32,000 nt of DNA from assembly GCF_001306055.1 (NCBI RefSeq), contig NZ_LGHJ01000016.1, positions 30,001-62,000 on the forward strand, in the 5' to 3' direction. The position numbers and the translations under genes are program-made. A model generated the notes under the pieces. That model worked only from the letters and a program-made list of their open reading frames with translations, had not been told where the DNA came from and searched no databases. The stretch is from Bellilinea caldifistulae (GTDB lineage: Bacteria > Chloroflexota > Anaerolineae > Anaerolineales > Anaerolineaceae). Each line of letters starts with the position of its first letter. Within the stretch, counting starts at the first letter, position 1. Below, one piece after another: positions 1 through 6,645 of the stretch.

Positions 1-341
1 GGGTCGGCTTCTTTGGGGCCAACCAGGTGATAGCGTTCGGGTTCGAAGCCATCTTCCTGAATGGTAACGTAATCCCCAATTCCGATTTCATTCAAATTCT
101 TTTCTACGTGGTCAATGATAATGACATTGGAAAGCAGCTGTTCCAATTCGCGAATGCGGCCTTCCAGAAAGCCCTGTTCTTCTTTGGCGGCGGTGTAATC
201 CGCATTTTCGGAAAGATCACCCTGTTCAATCGCTGCGCGCAGGCGCTTGGCAAGTTGCTCACGAGCGGGGCCTTTAAGGTATTCAAGTTCTTGTTTGAGG
301 CGATCTAAACCCTCTTGGGTCAGGTATGAAGCTTCAGCCAT
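1..341 (-). CDS. greA: Transcription elongation factor GreA (N-terminal part; the rest lies beyond the window edge)
   Basis: Absent from the ORF track because it runs off the window. The reverse complement from the ATG at 339-341 reads MAEASYLTQEGLDRLKQELEYLKGPAREQLAKRLRAAIEQGDLSENADYTAAKEEQGFLEGRIRELEQLLSNVIIID... This matches the GreA N-terminal coiled coil, including the GDLSENA-Y motif. An AGGAG lies about 10 nt upstream. Confidence 0.85.
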   Translation of the reverse strand, partial: MAEASYLTQEGLDRLKQELEYLKGPAREQLAKRLRAAIEQGDLSENADYTAAKEEQGFLEGRIRELEQLLSNVIIIDHVEKNLNEIGIGDYVTIQEDGFEPERYHLVGPKEAD

Positions 342-431
342 TCTAACCTACTCCTAACATTTACATTAACGGCAATAATGATACCATGTTTTTCTTGGAA
401 AAGGGATCGGTCGTGGAAAAATAATTGCCAA

Positions 432-1580
432 TTAGGGAAGAGTTTCGGCGTTAAATAATTTTCGATATTCCTCCGTGGCATAACGATCGGTCATACCGGC
501 AATATAATCACAAACCGTTCGATGAATGCCAAATTTTTCTATTCTTTTTTGGACATGGTGCGGCAAAATCGTTGGTTCTGAGCAATAGGCGTTGAAAAGC
601 TCGCTGATCAGGCGTTCTGCTTTGACTGCCATTCGTACCACACGATAATGACGGTAGAGATTCTTGTAAAGAAAATCCTTCAACTGGCGGTTGCGGCGGT
701 GAAAAGTTTCGCTGAAAGTAACCACGTTAAAATCCAATCTTTGGAGATCCTCAACGGATTGAACGCCGCTTTCTTTCAGATTTTGGCTGGTGGTCTCGAC
801 AATATCATCCACTTCTTTCCCGATCAGGCGACGGATGATGCGGTGACGGGTCAGATCGTCCAGACCATCACCCTGCCAGCCAATCGAAGATTTCATCACT
901 TGCCAGATTTCGATTTCCTCCAGCATTTCCTGAGTAATCATTCCAGAACGTAAGCCGTCATCCAGATCGTGGGCTGTGTAAGCCAGCTCGTCAGCAACGT
1001 TGGCAATTTGAGCCTCAATGTGCCCGCGTAATTCGGGGTTGAAATCGCGCGCATCGGTTTTATCATATTCGGTTTCGTGTTTGACAATACCTTCCAGTAC
1101 TTCCCAGGAGAGATTGAGACCAGGAAATTCGGGGTAACGTTGTTCCAGTTCGGTGACGATGCGCAGGGACTGTTTATTGTGCTCAAAGCCGCCGTGATCC
1201 TTCATTAGTCGTGCCAGAGCAATTTCTCCCGAATGGCCAAAAGGGGGATGACCTAAATCGTGAGCCAGGCAGATACTTTCTGTCAGGTCTTCATTTGCAC
1301 CCAATGCACGCGCCAGCGTCCTACCAATTTGAGCCACTTCAAGGGTATGGGTCAAGCGGGTGCGGTAGTAATCCCCTTCGTAATTAATGAAAACTTGAGT
1401 TTTATATTCTAATCGGCGGAAGGCGGTGGTATGCAAAATGCGGTCGCGGTCGCGTTGAAAAACGGTGCGGTAGGCCGGTTCATCTTCCGGGTAAAACCGG
1501 CCACGGGAATATTTGCTGCGACTGGCATATGGCGCCAATATTTTGTCTTCAATTTCTTCCAGCTCTTGGCGGGTGACCAT
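432..1580 (-). CDS. dgt: dGTPase-like dNTP triphosphohydrolase (HD domain)
   Basis: 382-aa ORF. It has the motifs FQRDRDRILHTTAFRRLEYKTQV, RLTHTLEVAQIGR and LAHDLGHPPFGH (HD superfamily, dGTPase type 2 signature). Confidence 0.88.
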   Translation of the reverse strand: MVTRQELEEIEDKILAPYASRSKYSRGRFYPEDEPAYRTVFQRDRDRILHTTAFRRLEYKTQVFINYEGDYYRTRLTHTLEVAQIGRTLARALGANEDLTESICLAHDLGHPPFGHSGEIALARLMKDHGGFEHNKQSLRIVTELEQRYPEFPGLNLSWEVLEGIVKHETEYDKTDARDFNPELRGHIEAQIANVADELAYTAHDLDDGLRSGMITQEMLEEIEIWQVMKSSIGWQGDGLDDLTRHRIIRRLIGKEVDDIVETTSQNLKESGVQSVEDLQRLDFNVVTFSETFHRRNRQLKDFLYKNLYRHYRVVRMAVKAERLISELFNAYCSEPTILPHHVQKRIEKFGIHRTVCDYIAGMTDRYATEEYRKLFNAETLP

Positions 1581-1595
1581 TGATAACCTCCTTTT

Positions 1596-2399
1596 TTACT
1601 CTTTAGTGAGCAGGGTACCGGTCGGAATGCCCGATAAAGCATCTTGTAGATTGCCGGGAGTCAGGCCGGAAAAAATCATCGCGCGTAATTGTGGATCAGT
1701 TTGAATCAATTCGAACATCAGGCGGACTTTTTCGACCATTCCACCGGTTACGTCTGGAGCTGCTGAACCCTGCAAGAGCGGCAAGATGCCATCTTTTTCG
1801 GCGAGGGTGATTTTGGGAAGAAGATGTGAACAGGTCGGAAAGTCTGCAAATACCCCTTCTTCAATGCCGCAGAGCAAAATCTCGGTAGGGGGTAGCGAAC
1901 CTGCGAGTGCCATGAACACATCTTCGGTGGAAAAAATCGTTCCCCCAATTCGTGAATCGAATACCACGTCACCGTTGACCAATGGAATAAAACCTGCCTG
2001 TATTGCGGAAACCAGTGGCTTTGAATTCCACTCGGCGAGGCGTTTGTTTTCTGCCTGGATAATTGCAGAGGGTGGAAAGGCAATAACCGGTAAACCCTTT
2101 TGACTGAAGATTTCGTAGACAATTTGATTCAGCCTACGCGCCTGGCGATATACCTCAAGAAATCCTCGCCACTCCTCAGGAGTTTGAACCCCATCTCGGG
2201 TTCGATATCGTTTGGCGGGGATATGGCCAAAAGAACCAGAACCGTGACCGATGATGAGCTGAATATTTTGTTGGTTTCGTATTGCCAAATGAATTTCTTC
2301 GGCTAACCTTTCGATAATTTCAGGAATAGCGGTTGCGGCACGATGTTTATCGGTAATCAGAGAACCACCCAGTTTCAGAAATATGCGCCTCATTTTCAT
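1596..2399 (-). CDS. ipk: Isopentenyl phosphate kinase (amino-acid-kinase fold)
   Basis: 267 aa. The N-terminus reads IFLKLGGSLITDK, followed by GHGSGSFGH. Length and motifs fit IPK of the alternative mevalonate pathway. Its start overlaps the mvk stop (ATGA at 2396-2399). Confidence 0.75.
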   Translation of the reverse strand: MKMRRIFLKLGGSLITDKHRAATAIPEIIERLAEEIHLAIRNQQNIQLIIGHGSGSFGHIPAKRYRTRDGVQTPEEWRGFLEVYRQARRLNQIVYEIFSQKGLPVIAFPPSAIIQAENKRLAEWNSKPLVSAIQAGFIPLVNGDVVFDSRIGGTIFSTEDVFMALAGSLPPTEILLCGIEEGVFADFPTCSHLLPKITLAEKDGILPLLQGSAAPDVTGGMVEKVRLMFELIQTDPQLRAMIFSGLTPGNLQDALSGIPTGTLLTKE

Positions 2400-3355
2400 C
2401 GTTCCTCGTTAATGGGGCGGAGTGTGGTTAACCAGGTGTGTAAAGCACCTTCTTTCAGCAGTTGCTGTGCAATCGAATCGGCTTCTTCTGGATGTACCAA
2501 TGCAACAATATTGCCGCCTCCGCCTCCGCCGGTTAATTTTGCACCGTATGCCCCGCATTGTAAAGCGGCTTTCACCAGTTTGTCCAATGCCGGGGAAGAA
2601 ACCCCAATTTCCCGAAGCAATTGATGATTTTTTTCCATTAAGGGCGGAAGTTGTTGCCAGCTACCTTGTTCGAGAATCTGGCGGGCCGATTCAACCAGAC
2701 AACCGATCTGATGAAACAACCCTTCATACTGCTGAGGATGTTGCTGCCAGCGCTGACGAACACCGGCAACCATTTCTGCTGTGGAGGGGGCCTCACCGGC
2801 ATTGGCAATCACCAGCGTGAGGGGTTCTTTGACGTGAATCAACTGGGGCTGATGGTTTCGCACATAATAAATAGGCATCTGGTAGGTAATCACCGTATTA
2901 TCAATTCCACTGGGGGTGCCATGAAAGGCTTTTTCAACCTCGAAAGCAATCCGATTGACTTGTTCGTTATCAAGCGGCAGGCCTAAAAATTGGGTGATAG
3001 CCCGAATCATGGCTACGCTGACCGCTGCACTGGATCCCATTCCCGCTCCGGCCGGCAAGGTGGAGTTGATGCGAATTTTCATTGCCGGCAAACGAGAGAT
3101 TTGGAGTGTTTGTTCAATTTGTTGAAATAAGGTGTTGAGGGGATGCTGTTCGGGCAGTTCAGCACGTGTAGCATGGAAGTTGACTGCCGGGGACTCGATC
3201 TCGATGCTGCCAGAAGGTTTAAGCGGGTTTGGCTGCACAATCACTTTGACAAAAACCCCGGTCACCGGCGCAGCGATGGCTGGTTGACCGTAAACGACGG
3301 CGTGCTCGCCAAACAAGATCACTTTTCCGGGGGCGGAGGCGGAAACAGCAGGCAT
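2396..3355 (-). CDS. mvk: Mevalonate kinase (GHMP kinase)
   Basis: 319 aa. GHMP motifs are present: APGKVILFGEHAVVYG, LPAGAGMGSSAA and KLTGGGGGGN. Confidence 0.88.
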   Translation of the reverse strand: MPAVSASAPGKVILFGEHAVVYGQPAIAAPVTGVFVKVIVQPNPLKPSGSIEIESPAVNFHATRAELPEQHPLNTLFQQIEQTLQISRLPAMKIRINSTLPAGAGMGSSAAVSVAMIRAITQFLGLPLDNEQVNRIAFEVEKAFHGTPSGIDNTVITYQMPIYYVRNHQPQLIHVKEPLTLVIANAGEAPSTAEMVAGVRQRWQQHPQQYEGLFHQIGCLVESARQILEQGSWQQLPPLMEKNHQLLREIGVSSPALDKLVKAALQCGAYGAKLTGGGGGGNIVALVHPEEADSIAQQLLKEGALHTWLTTLRPINEER

Positions 3356-3359
3356 GGTT

Positions 3360-4229
3360 TCAGTTTAAGTAAAACACAAACAAAACCGATAAACCCCACA
3401 GAAGAATCGTCGCCTGTAATGGTCTATCGGTGAGGACAATATCCTCAGGAGCCCCACCGGCTTGTTCTACCTGAATCAGATAAAGATAACGAAAGATGCC
3501 GTATATGACAAAAGGAATCGTCAACATCATACTGTGGTTATCCGGCAGGTTGGGCGCAGAAAATGTGTACAGACTGTAAGCCACAATGGTTGTACCGGAG
3601 ACAATGGTAATCAATTGATCCAGTAATGTCAGGTTATAGCCATCTAAAACACGGCGATGATTGTTCGCGTCATTTTGGAGTAACGTCAGTTCGGCGCGGC
3701 GTTTACCAAAACCGATGTAAAGCGCCAACAACGTGGTTACCACATATAACCAGGGTGAAAAACGTTCCACTTCGATCAGCGAAACCCCCGCTGCTACCCG
3801 GAGGACGAATCCAGCGGCGATGATCAAGACATCAATCAAGGGAATATGTTTTAGACGGGTAGAATACGCCAGATTGACCAGAAAATAAACGAAGGCAATC
3901 CAGCCGAATAGAGTTGAAAGCAAAAATGAAAGTGGAATTGTAATGACAATAATGCCAATTGCAGCCGCTGCGGCAACCGGAATCGGCAATTTTCCCGATG
4001 CAATCGGGCGGTTGCGTTTTTGAGGATGATTGCGGTCTGCTTCGGCATCGAGAATATCGTTGATGAGATAAACGCTGCTGGATATCAGACAAAATAGAAT
4101 CATACCCGCCAGCGATTTACTGACCGCTTCGGGATTGAGCAGTTTCTTATCAAAAACAACCGCAGCCAAAACGAAGACATTTTTGCTCCACTGGCGCGGT
4201 CGCATGCTCTTAATTAACGCAGAAAGCAT
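3360..4229 (-). CDS. UbiA-family prenyltransferase, decaprenyl-phosphate phosphoribosyltransferase (DPPR synthase)-like
   Basis: 289 aa and polytopic. It has MRPRQWSKNVFVLAA, VYLINDILDAEADRNHPQKRNRPIASG, GKRRAEL and GGAPEDIVLTDRPLQ. These closely parallel the motifs I recall for mycobacterial Rv3806c-type enzymes. The start is uncertain (ATG 4229 or the in-frame ATG 24 nt downstream). Confidence 0.75.
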   Translation of the reverse strand: MLSALIKSMRPRQWSKNVFVLAAVVFDKKLLNPEAVSKSLAGMILFCLISSSVYLINDILDAEADRNHPQKRNRPIASGKLPIPVAAAAAIGIIVITIPLSFLLSTLFGWIAFVYFLVNLAYSTRLKHIPLIDVLIIAAGFVLRVAAGVSLIEVERFSPWLYVVTTLLALYIGFGKRRAELTLLQNDANNHRRVLDGYNLTLLDQLITIVSGTTIVAYSLYTFSAPNLPDNHSMMLTIPFVIYGIFRYLYLIQVEQAGGAPEDIVLTDRPLQATILLWGLSVLFVFYLN

Positions 4230-4329
4230 ACCCCAATCATATCACAATGATCCAAAAGTATCCGCAATTTTTAAGAACTTTGAGTTGGAATTTGGTTCGG
4301 ATGGGGAAAGAGGGATAGAATATATCCGT

Positions 4330-5142
4330 ATGAAAAAGAGATTGGATGTGTGGCTGGTAGAGCAAGGTTTAGCAGAAAGCCGTAATCAGGCGCAGCGTTT
4401 GATTATGGCCGGTCAGGTTCGGGTAGGTGATACGATCGCACAAAAACCCGGACAGATGGTTGATCCCGAATTAGTTGTTGAAATTATCCAGCCTGCCCGT
4501 TTTGTTTCCAGAGGGGGAGAAAAGTTAGAAGCAGCTCTGGTGGAATTTGGATTGACCGACCTCAGCGGGAAAGTTTGTGTAGATGTGGGGGCTTCTACCG
4601 GTGGTTTTACAGATTGTCTGTTGCAGCACGGTGCAAGGCGAGTTTTTGCAGTGGATGTTGGATACGGGGTACTTCACTGGCGGCTGCGCCGGGATGAGCG
4701 GGTGGTTGTCATGGAAAGAACCAACGCGCGGTATTTGAAAGGATTTGAGGAAAAGATTGATCTGGTGACGATAGACGCTTCTTTTATTTCCTTAAAACTC
4801 TTATTGCCGGTTGTTCGGCAATGGTTTCGTGACAAAAAAGGTGATGTTGTTACCCTGATCAAGCCCCAATTCGAGGCGGGTCAAAAAGTGGCTGCCCGTG
4901 GTGAGGGTGTTATCCGTGATCCACGGGTTCATCGTCAGATATTGGAGGAGATGACCCAGTTCTGTCAGCAGGAGGGATGGGTCATTCGCGGCTTGATGTG
5001 TTCTCCCCTGATTGGTCCCAAAGGGAACATCGAGTTCTTAATGTGGTTATCTTTATCTGGAGAGGGATTGGATAATCCCATCTCGGTTATTGAGCAAATT
5101 ATCAACCAGTCGATTCAGTCCTTGAAAATATCGGATACGTAA
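4330..5142 (+). CDS. tlyA: TlyA-family rRNA 2'-O-methyltransferase (S4 domain plus FtsJ-like methyltransferase)
   Basis: The track ORF begins at 4135, but that extension overlaps the UbiA gene. The ATG at 4330 gives MKKRLDVWLVEQGLAESRNQAQRLIMAGQVRV (S4 domain) and then VDVGASTGGFTDCLLQHGA (SAM-binding site). The product is 270 aa. Confidence 0.85.
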   Translation: MKKRLDVWLVEQGLAESRNQAQRLIMAGQVRVGDTIAQKPGQMVDPELVVEIIQPARFVSRGGEKLEAALVEFGLTDLSGKVCVDVGASTGGFTDCLLQHGARRVFAVDVGYGVLHWRLRRDERVVVMERTNARYLKGFEEKIDLVTIDASFISLKLLLPVVRQWFRDKKGDVVTLIKPQFEAGQKVAARGEGVIRDPRVHRQILEEMTQFCQQEGWVIRGLMCSPLIGPKGNIEFLMWLSLSGEGLDNPISVIEQIINQSIQSLKISDT

Positions 5143-6323
5143 AAAGGTGCACTCTGGCACTCTTTAGAGGTGAAGTAACCCGATACAATGTTCCAGGTGA
5201 GTTCGCCCTCTTCTTTCCAGGCGCTTTCAATTGCGCGGGCAGTACAACCTGGGCCGGCATTATAATTTGCCATGGTAAATTTCCATAAATCTACGTAATC
5301 GGCTACCTGGCCTGCTTTTTTATTGGTGGTATTCTGGACAATTTGATTGATTTGACTGCAATTGGCTTTGACCACTTCGGCGAAAATTGGGATGCTGTTC
5401 AAGGCGCGCTGGCGGTTAACTCCTTGCGGACAGTCAGTACAGGTGGCATTGACCTGGCGTACCAACGCCCCGCGCAACAAAGCGCGAGCCGACTCGGGAA
5501 TTCCGAGGTACCCCTGATCGCAAGTTCTTGGATGGAGGATGAGCGGACAGAATTGGGCATAAAAATAAGGGCTGTATAATAAGAGAGCATCCGCGCCAGT
5601 GTCATTCAATTGGCCGAAGCCGCTTTCCAGAATGTCAATATAAATTGCTGGCCAGAACTGGCTTTCGATTGCAAAAATCTTTTTCAGCAAACGAGCCGGC
5701 ACGCCATGCTTGACGCCAGTTTCAAAAATCTTTGAATCGTATTGATTCTGCCACTCAATGATCACTGGCCGGGCAACTTCAACTCCGCATTGATTTGCGG
5801 TGGTTGCGGATTGCAATCCATTGTAAGGACATTGACTGGCATCCACAACCTTGTTCTGGATTAACATGGCTGCCAGATAGTAATAGTTGTACTCGGTGTA
5901 CAATTCCTCCACGCTGCGTGGATATTCCAATACCAATGGTAAATTGAGGGGGATCTCCGGTACCGACCAGATTTCGGCACAGGTAACAATTTCCGCTGGA
6001 GGGCGAGGTTCGAATTCTTCGAACGAGCCAGATGTGGGGGTAGGGGTAAAAGCAATTAGCGTGGCGGTTGGTGTAGCGGTTGGGTTAGTCTGACTCTGCG
6101 GTTGTTGTACAGCGAGGTTGGGTTCAGCATTTTGTAACGAAGCTGAATTGTTGGAAAGGGGTTGTTCTGTTTTCCGAAGTACGGGAAGGGGAAGATCGGT
6201 CGAAGCGACAACCGGGGTTTGCTGAACCTGATCAAGCTGATTTTTGAGGGGAACGATGTTGAAGACTAATCCGAGAATGACACCAACAAAAATTGCTGCA
6301 AAGACCGGTTTGAAGAATCTCAT
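5115..6323 (-). CDS. Membrane-anchored, Cys-rich lytic-transglycosylase (SLT)-like protein
   Basis: 402 aa. It has an N-terminal TM anchor (FAAIFVGVILGLVF) and a Pro/Thr/Gln-rich linker. SLT-like motifs are IFAIESQFWP (catalytic ES), GFGQL and ANYNAGPG. Ten Cys residues lie in the extracytoplasmic part. Confidence 0.6.
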   Translation of the reverse strand: MRFFKPVFAAIFVGVILGLVFNIVPLKNQLDQVQQTPVVASTDLPLPVLRKTEQPLSNNSASLQNAEPNLAVQQPQSQTNPTATPTATLIAFTPTPTSGSFEEFEPRPPAEIVTCAEIWSVPEIPLNLPLVLEYPRSVEELYTEYNYYYLAAMLIQNKVVDASQCPYNGLQSATTANQCGVEVARPVIIEWQNQYDSKIFETGVKHGVPARLLKKIFAIESQFWPAIYIDILESGFGQLNDTGADALLLYSPYFYAQFCPLILHPRTCDQGYLGIPESARALLRGALVRQVNATCTDCPQGVNRQRALNSIPIFAEVVKANCSQINQIVQNTTNKKAGQVADYVDLWKFTMANYNAGPGCTARAIESAWKEEGELTWNIVSGYFTSKECQSAPFYVSDIFKD

Positions 6324-6358
6324 GTTGGTACTTACCCCCGCGAATTAGATTTTTTCCC

Positions 6359-6631
6359 TTATTCGGTCTCTTCCTCATAAACATAAGCCCAACCAGAACC
6401 CTTGCACACGGGACAGCGATCATAAACATAGCCGTCTTTGCATAAACCACCACCGCCGCCGGAGCAAAAAGCGCATTTCTTGGGCTCCTGCGCTACCAAA
6501 ACGGTGCCAATACCATTGCAAACCGGGCATAATTCATAGATATTTCCATCCCGGCAGCGACCGCTCCCATTGCCACTACAAAATGCACAAGTCTCTGGTG
6601 CGTAATGAATGAACGGTTGAATTTTGGTCAT
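6359..6631 (-). CDS. Stand-alone DnaJ-CR-type zinc-finger miniprotein (4 x CxxCxGxG)
   Basis: 90 aa. It carries CAFCSGNG, CPVCNGIG, CAFCSGGG and CPVCKGSG, arranged as two 28-aa internal repeats. It is tightly packed between the HD-GYP and SLT-like genes. Confidence 0.7.
   Translation of the reverse strand: MTKIQPFIHYAPETCAFCSGNGSGRCRDGNIYELCPVCNGIGTVLVAQEPKKCAFCSGGGGGLCKDGYVYDRCPVCKGSGWAYVYEEETE
6392..6475 (-). repeat. Zinc-finger internal repeat 2 (CAFCSGGGGGLCKDGYVYDRCPVCKGSG)
   Basis: Intragenic duplication of repeat 1. All five Cys positions are conserved. Confidence 0.8.
6506..6589 (-). repeat. Zinc-finger internal repeat 1 (CAFCSGNGSGRCRDGNIYELCPVCNGIG)
   Basis: Aligns residue for residue with repeat 2. 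The period is 38 aa. Confidence 0.8.
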
Positions 6632-6645
6632 GGGGATTTAGAGGC

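Noticed and set aside
27-308. 93-aa plus-strand ORF at the window start
   Set aside because: It lies entirely antisense to a clear GreA coding sequence. It has a low-complexity, Phe-rich composition and no motifs, so it is a shadow ORF.
432-1580. dGTPase-like gene, considered as an anti-phage dNTP-depletion defence gene
   Set aside because: It sits in a housekeeping operon (greA and mevalonate genes), with no mobile-element or defence-island context. It is most simply the conserved chromosomal dGTPase-family paralogue.
2343-2624. Plus-strand ORF with a PPPPPP run
   Set aside because: The poly-Pro run is simply the antisense reading of the GGGGGG GHMP-kinase motif of mvk. It is not an independent gene.
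4135-4329. N-terminal 65-aa extension of tlyA, as given by the ORF track
   Set aside because: The extension overlaps the 5' end of the UbiA gene on the other strand by 95 nt. It also precedes the conserved S4-domain N-terminus. The ATG at 4330 gives a normal-length TlyA.
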